From NCBI GenBank assembly GCA_011523845.1, contig WTFV01000076.1, positions 999 to 64,998 of the forward strand: a stretch of DNA of 64,000 nucleotides. Direction: 5' to 3'. How positions within the stretch are numbered: position 1 is the stretch's first letter; each line of letters starts with the position of its first letter. A program made the translations under genes and the position numbers. The notes under the pieces were generated by a model. It saw nothing but the letters and a program-made list of their open reading frames with translations. It was not told the origin of the DNA and ran no database searches. The DNA comes from Acidobacteriota bacterium (lineage in GTDB: Bacteria > Acidobacteriota > Vicinamibacteria > Vicinamibacterales > UBA8438). This document shows positions 10,301 to 18,658 of the stretch, in pieces.

Positions 10301-10466
10301 AGACCCGGTAGCCCGACGGTGACACCAGTGTAACGGAGGCTTCGGAGACGGGGGCATCGAAGTAGCCTTCGACGATGCCGGAAACGAACGTCTGCGGCTG
10401 GGCCGCCGGCAAGGCGGGGATTGCGAGGAGCACGAGGGCGAACGCGAGTGTGGCGGTTGTTCTCAT
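7347..10466 (-). CDS. TonB-dependent outer-membrane receptor with two N-terminal carboxypeptidase-regulatory-like domains
   Basis: Signal peptide MRTTATLAFALVLLAIPALPAAQP. Plug motifs (IELLRDGAAAQYGSDAIAGVVNV). A long beta-barrel ends ...YFYGRLTYRWGL, with an aromatic-rich C-terminus. The track ORF is extended upstream to 10805 by the absence of stops. Confidence 0.9.
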   Translation of the reverse strand: MRTTATLAFALVLLAIPALPAAQPQTFVSGIVEGYFDAPVSEASVTLVSPSGYRVSGATDPTGRFLIGPLADGLYELQVHAGGYLPRTVSVRTSPDTTVRITVRLAPERESALTGSVRDPQGLALPGAVVEATGPAGEGAETVTDGAGRFRFAPARPGAWTVAARIDGFVPGTRETEVVFGQTADATIALALDYGIAETVVVVGSRRTDRQRSVTESAVPIDVLSAEVLSEQPSADIVEVLRTLAPSFNVNTQPISDAATVVRPTNLRNLAPDHFLLLVNGKRRHRSAVITWLGNGIADGSQGPNISVIPTIAVRQIELLRDGAAAQYGSDAIAGVVNVQLKDAREGGSLEIRTGTYRDVNAGDRATCGPMASCAAIGNRAAAHSVAGNVGLPIGAAGFANLSLEYGGAGPTNRAVQRHDASRLTAAGGPMPRDTAQVWGSPNVEDDLKTFANFGTTLPSGLRPYGHANYARRRATGGFYYRHPHTRGGVFRGPRLDDGTPTLLVGDRMWANTGIPHAGNCPTVPIINSVPDTGALAAVEADPECFTLYSRFPGGFTPQFGGDLHEHGLVTGLQSISPSGSTWDGSVSIGRSRISQFIHDTVNASLGYDTPTSFSPGEYQQDEINFNFDVAIPIGERFHFAAGAERRTETFTISPGDRPSWEIGPYAEQGFSSGSNGFNGYRADTTAGRWARSSVAVYADGEMGSGASNAWSAGAALRYERFEDFGDTLNGKLSARRSLGAGLSARAAVSTGFRAPTPGQQNAFNVTTAFIDGELVNNGVVPSTSAVALARGGQPLQPERSINYSGGLVWESGSMSATMDAFRIDVDDRLALSPEIRLRPGEIDVLLSEGILEARNFPVFRFFLNDFSTRTEGLDLLWSWTAGPATFTAAWNHTVTRVGDLRTSVIDQFRVQTLEKGLPDTRWNISAQYSPGAWALLGRVHWYGSYWDSEDGRNAHALGHYQTPWSYPAYSGKALADVELTVPLPSGATLAIGVQNILNQYPDVNPFAADTVGNQYGQFSPFGFNGSYFYGRLTYRWGL

Positions 10467-10830
10467 GACGGAGAAGTGTTGAGGACCCGGGCCGTCGGGC
10501 GATGCGATGCACCGGCGGCGTCGAGCGGAGGTTGGGTGGGAATTCGGGTTGGCCGGTCGGGGCGTTCCCCTCGTTGCCCACCGCCTTGCGGTTCGGATTC
10601 CGGCGGACCCGGTGCATTCCTCGTGGACGAATCTGCATGGGCGCTGCGGTCGGTCTCCGGTCGGGTTGCCATCTGTCCGCTTCGCGGCGAGAATAGGGAC
10701 TCTCCCTGTGTGTCGGATTTGGGACGTGGGCTTGGATGGTGATTTCGTTGCGGCGTCTTCCGAACCGAGGCGGGAGTGCGCTTTTTGGGGCATGGAGCTT
10801 GACAATGCGCGCCGGGCGTGTTTCTCTTCC

Positions 10831-10906
10831 GCCGAGCGCCGAGCGCCGAGCGCCGAGCGCCGAGCGCCGAGCGCCGAGCGCCGAGCGCCGAGCGCCGAGC
10901 GCCGAC
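10831..10906. repeat. Perfect heptanucleotide tandem repeat (GCCGAGC) x10 plus a partial 11th unit
   Basis: Counted directly in the sequence. It lies in the gap between the TonB receptor start (10466, minus) and the + strand ORFs beginning near 11013. Confidence 0.97.
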
Positions 10907-11012
10907 TCTGCCCGGTTAACTGCTCTTTCTGACCCTTCCGTTTGTTCTATCCCGCCTCGCGGCCGGTCCCGCCTCCGCGTAGACGGTTCCGCCGTACTCC
11001 CGCTTCTGTCCG

Positions 11013-11399
11013 TTGGCGTTGTGTCTGCCGACGTTGGCGCACGCCCAGAGTTCGGCCGTGGAGATGGCCCAGAGATTCGGCACTTACGCGCTTGCGGAGC
11101 AGGAGGTGTAGAACTGGAGCGAGCCGCAGGACGTGTACGTGTTCATGGCCCGCGGCTCGAACGACGGCATCGACATCCCGTTGCGGTTGTACTACGTCGG
11201 GCACAGCGCCGCATCGGCCGACAGCCAGTACAACCGCATCCGGATCACCGAAACGACGATCTTCTTCCACGACGACGAACCGGCGACGACGGTTCCGTCC
11301 ACGCCCGCCGGCGTGATGCCGCCGTCACCACCGACAGCGAGGACGCTTACCCCTACCCTGGACCCCGAGCAGTACAATCTCGGAGACGTCACGCACTGA
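11013..11399 (+). pseudogene. Small secreted hypothetical protein interrupted by an in-frame TAG (11109-11111); the track reports only the downstream part, 11133..11399
   Basis: In the same frame, TTG 11013 gives a signal-peptide-like LALCLPTLAHAQSSAVEMAQRFGTYALAEQEV. TAG follows, then NWSEPQDVYVFMARGSNDGIDIPLRLYYVGH... with high GC3. The upstream start is speculative. Confidence 0.35.
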
Positions 11400-11432
11400 C
11401 ACCACCCACACAGGCTCGAGGAGGTTGCGACG

Positions 11433-12575
11433 ATGAAGAGGATCTCGGCCGTTCTTTTGTTGCTCGTCGCGGCGTGCGGCGAGGATTCCGACAACGTGAA
11501 CCCCCTGGCGCCGTCCGCCGTGGCCGATCCGGGCGTTGCGGCGGGACTGCATGACGGCGGCGCGGGCCCGGTTCCGCCCGGTGCCGGCGCGGATCTGGGG
11601 GCGGCGCCGCCCGGTGTGTGCACGCTCCGGTGGTCGCACAAGCCTGCACCGTCGGGCTGGACGGTGGAGAACCAGGGCGTGATTACACAGAACCAGGGCG
11701 TGATCAGCGCCGGCGGCACCGAGATGGAGCTCGTCGAAGGCGAGCACGTCGACGCGCTGCTGACCGCATCGGATGCGTGCGCCGAGTCGGTTAGCGTGCG
11801 CAATGTGGACCTGCTCGGGTCGCTGGAGCTGAAGGGTGGAACGCGGCGCAGCCGGCGCACGTATGCGGACAGTCCGGCCAACCTCTGGGGTTCGCCGGTC
11901 GACAACAGCATCACGACCGAGGAGCCGCGGCGCATCCGGTTCCGGGCCGGCCGCGTGTCGGCGGATCTGATCGTCAGCGACGACGATGCGCAACTGACCC
12001 AACCCGATCCGCTCCGGGTGACGCTGGAGGCGCCCCCGTCCGCATCCCCCTGGACCCCCAACCAGTCCTACGGTTTGGGGCACGTGCTGAACTGGAACAA
12101 CGCTCAGGGCGATTCCACGTTCCCGAACCTCGTCAACCACGTCGGATGGTGGATTCGGACTCGGCAGGCGACGTACGGCACCGACGGCGGACGGCCGGGG
12201 AGCGCACAGTATCCGTTGTTCCCGAACGAACCGAACGACTGGGACCCCGCCAGCACGGTACGCACCGTGGAGATCCAGTTGGACCGGCCGTGGGCTGCAG
12301 GCGATTACCGCATCCGCCTGCGAGCGGTCGGCAGCGCCCGGTTGACCCCATGGGAGACGTCGCCGAGGGCCGCGGTGGAGAACGACTTCCGCTCGGCGAT
12401 TCTCACGGTGCCGAGCGGGCGGGGCTTCCAGCACGAGTCGGTGACCGTCGCATGCCCATCTCGGGTGACCAGCAACGGCAGCACTCGCCCTCCCCGAAGG
12501 GGTACTGTACGGTTAGCGGTGCTCGCTCCTTATCAGGCCGTGGAGGTTCGCCCGAATCGGCTACGGGTCTGCTGA
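11433..12575 (+). CDS. Lipoprotein, function unknown
   Basis: GAGGAGG sits 8 nt upstream of the ATG. MKRISAVLLLLVAACGEDS carries a lipobox (LVAAC). High GC3 throughout. Confidence 0.75.
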   Translation: MKRISAVLLLLVAACGEDSDNVNPLAPSAVADPGVAAGLHDGGAGPVPPGAGADLGAAPPGVCTLRWSHKPAPSGWTVENQGVITQNQGVISAGGTEMELVEGEHVDALLTASDACAESVSVRNVDLLGSLELKGGTRRSRRTYADSPANLWGSPVDNSITTEEPRRIRFRAGRVSADLIVSDDDAQLTQPDPLRVTLEAPPSASPWTPNQSYGLGHVLNWNNAQGDSTFPNLVNHVGWWIRTRQATYGTDGGRPGSAQYPLFPNEPNDWDPASTVRTVEIQLDRPWAAGDYRIRLRAVGSARLTPWETSPRAAVENDFRSAILTVPSGRGFQHESVTVACPSRVTSNGSTRPPRRGTVRLAVLAPYQAVEVRPNRLRVC

Positions 12576-12949
12576 AGGGCTCGGGAATCTCCCCTGACGA
12601 AGTCAGACGGAGACGACACCACCCATCGTTGCGTCGCCGCGTGCTCACGCGGCGGCGCGGGGGCCACAGACCGGCATCGTCGGTCAGCGCAGCATCCGCA
12701 CGTGCTCACCGGTGTCAAGGCTTGCCGCTGTCGCGGCGACCCGCGCCGGCGGCGGGCTGTGGGTCGTGACACTGGCTCCGTGCGTGCTCCAGACCGGCAA
12801 TTTGTCCGACGATGCCGGACCCTGCCAACCCCAACCGCTCCACTGGATCACTTCTTCTTCGAACACGAAGCAGGCGGCGAGCCAGAACGTGGACATCCGC
12901 AGCGATAGCGAGGCGACAAGCGGACATCGAACACGGACGGCGGTGAATG

Positions 12950-13350
12950 CTTGACATCCTCCCCGTCCTAAAAGCTGTCGCGGAGCGTCGTCCGTGCCCG
13001 TTGTCGGCCCGGCGCCGATCGCGTCGACGCCGACCGCGGTCCCGCGACGGACGGGGATTCCCTCTGCAGGAAGCTGATGCCCCAGCTCGAGAATGTTTCG
13101 TGCGGCGTTGACGTCCCGGTCGTGCCGGGCTCCACATTCGCTGCAGTTCCACTCCCTTATTCGGAGTCCTGTCCTACCTCTCGGACTGCTGGCGGGGATC
13201 GCCCCGCAGCACGAACAGGCCCGGGTGGTGTTCCGCTCGCGGACCTTCGCGTATCGAATGCCGGCGTGCTCGCACTTGTACTTGAGCATCGACCGCAGCA
13301 TGGTCCACCCGCTGTCGTAGACGGACTTGGCGAGACGCGTCTTCCCGACA
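12950..13350 (-). mobile_element. tnpB: 3' remnant of an IS200/IS605-family tnpB element: RuvC-III/zinc-ribbon end plus right end
   Basis: It encodes VGKTRLAKSVYDSGWTMLRSMLKYKCEHAGIRYAKVRERNTTRACSCCG...REWNCSECGARHDRDVNAARNIL. This is collinear with residues ~250-350 of the intact copy at 14168..15256. It ends with the same terminal string GGGGAGGATGTCAAG (reverse complement at 12950-12964). Homology stops abruptly near 13350. Confidence 0.85.
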
Positions 13351-13422
13351 AGTGCATCTGAAACTCATATGCACTTGGTTTGCAACGGTGACAGGATCGA
13401 CGCCAGCGCAACCCCCCGGCGG

Positions 13423-13899
13423 TCAGCGTGTCAGTTCCCCGTCCAGCGTGAAGGTGCCACAGGAGTCTGACGCAAGGGTGACCTGCAATCTTGCCGTGGA
13501 GCCCGAGAACATCAACGAGAAGCTGGTCACTGTGCTCCTCCCGCACTCGGGATCGACGTCGGTGCCGGCGAACTCGCCAGATGCGGCCGTGAAGGAGCCG
13601 GTCTCGTCGATCGTACCGGTGATGGCGGGCTGTTCAGTGGTTTCGCCGAAGAACGTGATCGATCCGGTGATCGCGAGCTGCGCGCCGTCCTGGACCACGA
13701 CCAGCTGCATCTGTCCCGTCAAGGTCTCCTCCGGGGCGAGCGACGAGGCTAGCGCGATCTGTCCGTTGTAGGTTCCGGCGACCTGCGGGAACGCCGATGG
13801 CGCAGTCGGTCCGCCGTCGCCGCACCCGGCAACCAGGAGCGCAAGGAGAGCGGTGGTCAGCGGGAAGCGATGCATCCGGTTCGGAGGCCTCATGGTCAT
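13423..13899 (-). CDS. Lipoprotein, function unknown
   Basis: MTMRPPNRMHRFPLTTALLALLVAGCGDGG has a lipobox. GGAG sits 6 nt upstream of ATG 13899. The track ORF extends to 13962. Confidence 0.75.
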   Translation of the reverse strand: MTMRPPNRMHRFPLTTALLALLVAGCGDGGPTAPSAFPQVAGTYNGQIALASSLAPEETLTGQMQLVVVQDGAQLAITGSITFFGETTEQPAITGTIDETGSFTAASGEFAGTDVDPECGRSTVTSFSLMFSGSTARLQVTLASDSCGTFTLDGELTR

Positions 13900-14059
13900 G
13901 GTGTTCTCCGTTCGTGGGTCATTGGAGACGGCGACGGCAATTGGGTCTGTGTAGTTCGCCACCCGGCGGCGCCGGACCCCGTAGTCATGAAACCTCGGTT
14001 TTGCGGCGTGGTGACCCGGTGCCGGGGCCCGGCCGATTCGCAGGGGCAGAGGCTGTCGG

Positions 14060-15274
14060 CGATCATCAGCTTCTCCGTAATTCGGAAACCCCGTCGTTTA
14101 CGGCGGGGAGGAGCATTACTCCCGCCTTCAGGCGGGTCTTCGCTTTCCCTTTGCTTATAATTAGCGGGTGGCGTTGCGTTCTCGCCCACCGAAGGTTCCC
14201 GTCAAGACGCTGAAGGTCCGTGTCAGGGACCGTCACGTTCCCGTCCTTCGCCGCATGGCTCGCGAGGTCAATGCCGTCTGGAACGTCTGCAACCAGCACC
14301 AGCTCGAGGTCTTCCGGCGTGAGGGTCGCTTGCTGTCTGGCTTCGACTTCGCGCCGTTCGTCCGCGGTGCCAGCGCCGAGTTCGAACTGATCGGCTCGTC
14401 GACCATCGACGAGATCCGCGATCAGTACGCGGTCAAGCGCCGTGCCGCCGGCAAGGTGCGCTTGCGCTGGCGTCGCAGCGGGGGCCGCCGGCGGTCGCTC
14501 GGCTGGGTGCCTTTCAAGCGCCGGGCGACCAGATGGACGGGCGACGCCGTGCGCTTCGCCGGCATCGACTTCGGCGTCTGGGATTCCTACAGCCTTGGCG
14601 GGTACGACTTCCGTGCGGGGGCCTTCGTGGAGGACGCCCGCGGCCGCTGGTACTTCTGCCTCCAGGTGGAGGTGGAGGTGTGTTCCGGCCATGCCGGCGC
14701 TGCTGTTGGCGTTGACCTCGGCCTCAAGGCCGTTGCGGTCACCTCGGACGCCGACCGTCTCGAGCATGGCCGTTGGTACCGTCAGGCCCAGGAGGCGGTG
14801 GGCCGTGCCGCGCGCGCCCGAAAGCGTGGCCGCGTCCGGGCGTTGCACGCGAAGGTTCGCAATCAGCGTCGCGACGCCTTGCACAAGTGGACGAGGAGCA
14901 CCGTCGACCGGTGCTCCGAGATCGTGGTTGGCGATGTTTGCCCGTCTGCCGTGGGCAAGACGCGGCTCGCCAAGTCGGTGTACGACACCGGGTGGACCCT
15001 GTTGCGCACGATGCTTCGATACAAGAGCGAGCACGCCGGCATCCGTTGCGTGGTGGTCCCCGAACGCGATTCGACCCGGACCTGTTCGTGTTGCGGGAGT
15101 GTTCCCGCCAGCAGTCCGAGAGGTAGGGCAGGACTCCGAATAAGAGAGTGGACGTGCAGCGAGTGCGGCGCCCGGCATGACCGGGATGTCAATGCGGCAC
15201 GGAACATTCTCGTGGCGGGGCATCGCCATCCTGCAGAGGGAATCCCCGCCCTTTAGGGCGGGGAGGATGTCAAG
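14060..15274 (+). mobile_element. TnpB-only IS200/IS605-family element with no tnpA; the left boundary is approximate
   Basis: A left-end hairpin CCCCGTCG-TTTA-CGGCGGGG (14089..14108) and CCCGCC-TTCA-GGCGGG (14121..14136). A right-end hairpin TCCCCGCCC-TTTA-GGGCGGGGA (15243..15264). The right end is set where the two copies stop matching, after ...GATGTCAAG (15274). Confidence 0.7.
14168..15256 (+). CDS. tnpB: TnpB (OrfB) RNA-guided nuclease-like transposon protein
   Basis: 362 aa with a GTG start. It contains ...GVDLGLKAVAVTSD... (RuvC-I), ...RRDALHKWT... and TCSCCGSVP...EWTCSECGARHDRDVNAARNI (zinc ribbon plus RuvC-III). Confidence 0.9.
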   Translation: MALRSRPPKVPVKTLKVRVRDRHVPVLRRMAREVNAVWNVCNQHQLEVFRREGRLLSGFDFAPFVRGASAEFELIGSSTIDEIRDQYAVKRRAAGKVRLRWRRSGGRRRSLGWVPFKRRATRWTGDAVRFAGIDFGVWDSYSLGGYDFRAGAFVEDARGRWYFCLQVEVEVCSGHAGAAVGVDLGLKAVAVTSDADRLEHGRWYRQAQEAVGRAARARKRGRVRALHAKVRNQRRDALHKWTRSTVDRCSEIVVGDVCPSAVGKTRLAKSVYDTGWTLLRTMLRYKSEHAGIRCVVVPERDSTRTCSCCGSVPASSPRGRAGLRIREWTCSECGARHDRDVNAARNILVAGHRHPAEGIPAL

Positions 15275-15294
15275 AGTTTCTTCTTCGTAGCAGC
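15120..15294 (+). ncRNA. Predicted omega/reRNA scaffold overlapping the tnpB 3' end, plus flank-derived guide; bounds approximate
   Basis: Inferred from established TnpB biology. The only direct sequence support is the conserved right-end hairpin and the terminal GGGGAGGATGTCAAG shared by both copies. Confidence 0.35.
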
Positions 15295-15456
15295 GTTATC
15301 GGTTGGAACCGGCGCGATGGAGAGGATTGATCGTGTCACTCCGGTGCCCAGTGTGAGGCGCGGCCGCCACTCCCTGTCGTTCCAGCACCCGCCGCAGCAC
15401 CTTCTCGTCGGCCGCGCCGTTGGCGGAATCGGTCGATCCGTTCGGGTGCCCCGGTT

Positions 15457-17487
15457 CTACGGTATCTGGTCGTCCGGCGTGTCGGGGTCCCAGGGGTCGT
15501 CGAGGCCGATCTCGTTGAGGAAGCGTGACTCGGGGCTCACGTTTCCGCCGTGGCGTCTTCGGAATCCGGCGGTCGTGATCACGAGCCGGTCCATCGCGCG
15601 GGTCATGCCGACGTAGAACAGGCGCCGCTCCTCCTCGATGCCCTCGCGTGTCTCCAGGCTGCGGCTGTGCGGCAGCAGTCCCTCCTCGACGCCGGCGATC
15701 ACCACGGTGGGGAACTCCAGCCCCTTGGCCGCGTGCAGGGTCATCATCCAGACGCGCGCGTCGCCGGGTCCGTCGCCTTCGTCGGCCTCCGACAGCAGCG
15801 ATTGCCGGTTCACGAAGTCGGCCAGCGTCGGCTGTTCGGCGCCGTGCTCGTAGTCGTCGGCGGCGGCGACCAACTCCATCAGGTTGTCGACCCGGTCCTC
15901 CGCCTCGGCGACGTTGCCGTCGCGGGGAACTTTCAGGTACCCGGTGCGGCCTATCGCGTCCTCGACGGTTTTGCCGATGGCGGCGCCGGCCGCGTTGCCG
16001 CGCATCTTGTCGATCAGCTCGATGAATGCGTACATCCTCGCTGCCGCGCGGCCCGTCAGCCTGCGCTCGGCGCAGCCGGCGTTCAGTCGGGACCAGAGCG
16101 ACGCCCGCTCGCCCGCTTCGTCTTGCGGGGGTGCGAACAGCGTTCCCGCCGGTTCTTCGCGCACCGGCGGTCCGGCCGCCTTGTCGATGCTGCGCGGCCC
16201 GATGCCGCGGGGCGGGGAGTTGATGATCCGCCGGAGGCTGACGTCGTCGTGCGGGTTGACGATCACCTTCAGGTAGGCGAGCGCGTCCTTGATCTCCTTG
16301 CGCTCGTAGAACCGGATGTTGCCGACGATGTGGTAGGGGATCCTGGCGCGGCGCAGCGCGTCCTCGACGAGGCGCGACTGCGCGTTGGTCCGGTAGAGCA
16401 CGGCCGTCTGCCGCGGGGCGTTCGGCCGGGCGGCCACGATGCGGACGATGGCGTCGGCCTCGTCGTGGTCGGACTCGGTGCGCAGGTGCTCGACCTCGGC
16501 GCCCGGTGCGCGCCCGGTCCACAGCGTCTTGTCGGCGCGGTCCTTGTTGCGGGCGATGAGCGCCGCCGCGGCGGAGACGATGTTGCCGCTCGAGCGGTAG
16601 TTGCGCTCGAGGTTGACGATGGTGTGCTCGGGGAAGTCCGCCTCGAAGGTCCGGATGTTTCCGATGTCGGCTCCCCGCCAGCCGTAGATGGCCTGGTCGG
16701 GGTCGCCGACGGCGCAGACGTTGCGGTGGTCGCGGGCGAGCAGGTACGTCAGCCGGTACTGGGCGTGGTTGGTGTCCTGGTACTCGTCGACGAGGACGTG
16801 GCGGTAGCGGGCGGCGTACTTCTCGCGGACGGCGTCGTGGTGGCCCAGCAGGGATACGGCGCGCAGCAGCAGGTCGTCGAAGTCCAGTGCGCCGGCCCGG
16901 CGCAGGATCTTCTCGTACTGCTCGAAGCAGTCGACGAGCTGCGCGTTGCGGTAGCCCTCCTCGGTGGCTCGCAGCTGTTCCGGGGTGAGCATCCTGTTCT
17001 TCCACTGGCCGATCTGCCAGACGACGCTGCGCGGCGGTAGCGAGTCCTTGTCGTAGTCGAGCTCGTCGATCGCCAGGCGTGCGGACTTGAGCTGGTCGGC
17101 GGTGTCGTAGATGGTGAAGCTCGGCGCGACCTGCACGTGCCGGCCGTCGGCCCGCAGGATGCGGGCGCAGAACGAGTGGTAGGTGGACAGCAGGGCGGTC
17201 GGGCCGCGGTTTCCCAGCAGTTGGACGAGCCGGGCGCGCATCTCGTTGGCGGCCTTGTTGGTGAAGGTGATGCCGAGGATGTGCCGGGCCGGCACGGTCC
17301 CGGAGCGGACGAGCCAGGCGATGCGGTGGCAGATGACGCGGGTCTTTCCAGAGCCGGGTCCGGCGAGGATGAGCAGGGGTCCGCCCGGGTGGCATACGGC
17401 GGCGCGCTGTTGGTCGTTGAGGCCGTCGAGCAGCGTCTCGGGCGGGTTGTGGGTCGTTGTCGGCGGGGGCGGTGCGATCTGTGTCAT
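15457..17487 (-). CDS. UvrD/PcrA/Rep-family ATP-dependent DNA helicase
   Basis: AGPGSGKT (Walker A), ITFTNKAANEM, VLVDEYQDTN (DExx box), YRS, and LHAAKGLEFPTVVIAG...VGMTRA in the correct order. 676 aa. Confidence 0.95.
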   Translation of the reverse strand: MTQIAPPPPTTTHNPPETLLDGLNDQQRAAVCHPGGPLLILAGPGSGKTRVICHRIAWLVRSGTVPARHILGITFTNKAANEMRARLVQLLGNRGPTALLSTYHSFCARILRADGRHVQVAPSFTIYDTADQLKSARLAIDELDYDKDSLPPRSVVWQIGQWKNRMLTPEQLRATEEGYRNAQLVDCFEQYEKILRRAGALDFDDLLLRAVSLLGHHDAVREKYAARYRHVLVDEYQDTNHAQYRLTYLLARDHRNVCAVGDPDQAIYGWRGADIGNIRTFEADFPEHTIVNLERNYRSSGNIVSAAAALIARNKDRADKTLWTGRAPGAEVEHLRTESDHDEADAIVRIVAARPNAPRQTAVLYRTNAQSRLVEDALRRARIPYHIVGNIRFYERKEIKDALAYLKVIVNPHDDVSLRRIINSPPRGIGPRSIDKAAGPPVREEPAGTLFAPPQDEAGERASLWSRLNAGCAERRLTGRAAARMYAFIELIDKMRGNAAGAAIGKTVEDAIGRTGYLKVPRDGNVAEAEDRVDNLMELVAAADDYEHGAEQPTLADFVNRQSLLSEADEGDGPGDARVWMMTLHAAKGLEFPTVVIAGVEEGLLPHSRSLETREGIEEERRLFYVGMTRAMDRLVITTAGFRRRHGGNVSPESRFLNEIGLDDPWDPDTPDDQIP

Positions 17488-17599
17488 CTGGGCTGCTGGA
17501 AGCGTAGGGGCGGTCGTGTGTCAAGAATCGCCGGCGTGTCCGGCGCTTGTCGGCGAGTGCAGGAGATCCGCGGGTCAGCGGGTACAGGGCGTGTGCTCT

Positions 17600-18412
17600 G
17601 CATGGGGCGTGCGGAGATCGGGGCGAGCGCCTGGACGGTCACGACGGGAGATCCGTGCACGGCTCCGGGTGCGGAGCGCGGAGGGCGAAGTTCCCCTGGC
17701 GAGCTTCCAATGGGCGGCGGCCACCGACCCGCTGGACGAGCACACGCTGGCCGCGGTCGCCGCCGGGGTGTCGACACGCCGGTATGCGAGCACGTTGGAC
17801 CCGGTACCGTCTGAGGTGACCGAGCGGGCGACGTCGAGCAGCGCCGTGTCGCGGCGGTTCGTAGCGCTGTCGACAAAGCGCCTCCAGGCGTTTCTCGACC
17901 GGCCGTTGGGGGAACTGGACCTGCGGGTGGTCTGCATCGACGGCAAGGTCTTCCGGGACCACTGCATGGTGATCGCGCTGGGGATCGACACCCAGGGCCG
18001 GAAACACGTGCTGGGCTTGCGCGAAGGCGCCACCGAGACGGCGGCCGTCACCACCGGCCTGCTGGGCGACCTGGTGACGCGCGGGCTGCCGACGGACCGG
18101 ACGGTGCTGTTCGTCATCGTGCAACGCCTCGGTCTGACGGGGGCGCTGCAGCGTACGTTGCGGACGACGAACATCATCGAGAACCTCAACGGCAGCGTCG
18201 AGCGCTACTCGCGCAACGTGAAGCGCTGGCGCGGTGGTCAGATGATTCAACGCTGGGTGGCGAGCGCGCTGGTCGAGGCGGAGAAGCGCTTCCGGCGCGT
18301 CCGGGGCTACCGTGACCTGCAGCACTTGGTCCGCACTTGGTCCGCGCCCTCGACGCGATGCGTCCCCCTGACGGCATGGTTGCTGACGTGGCGTAATATG
18401 ATGACCTCGTAG
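17600..18412 (+). pseudogene. IS256-family (mutator-type) transposase remnant, 5'-truncated and with an internal deletion
   Basis: ...AEGEVPLASFQWAAATDPLDEHTLAAVAAGVSTRRYASTL...SSSAVSRRFV...RVVCIDGKVF...ALGIDTQGRKHVLGL.EG.TE... jumps at ...TVLFVI|VQRLGLTGALQRTLRTTNIIENLNGSVERYSRNVKRWRGGQM..RW. The central DDE segment expected between these blocks is absent. Confidence 0.8.
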
Positions 18413-18658
18413 GGGAGACCGGGAGTCCGTCACCCGAAGTTCAACAACGAACGGGACATTCCCGGCGTGAGGGTTCCCCCGGCAGATCCCCGCTGCATGT
18501 CGGAGTCCGTCCCGCCTCACTTGGCGGTTCGTTCTCTGACGGCGAGGCTGACGCGATCAGTTGCGCGCCGTTACTTTCCTTCGCTCACCCGCGGCGAGCG
18601 TCCATTGGGAGCACACTTTCGAGCACGTTCTCGTTGGTCCACCGTCCGAGGTGGCCTA

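Noticed and set aside
10507-10932. ORFs translating the heptamer tract as repeated AERRAPS
   Set aside because: These are artefacts of a 7-nt repeat read in three frames. The flanking sequence has no coding character.
12684-12893. Possible 70-aa ORF (MSTFWLAACFVFEEEVIQWSGWGW...) just beyond the truncated TnpB right end
   Set aside because: It is part of the fused track ORF 12684..13301. It has no RBS or recognisable family, and may be the stump of a gene disrupted by the IS.
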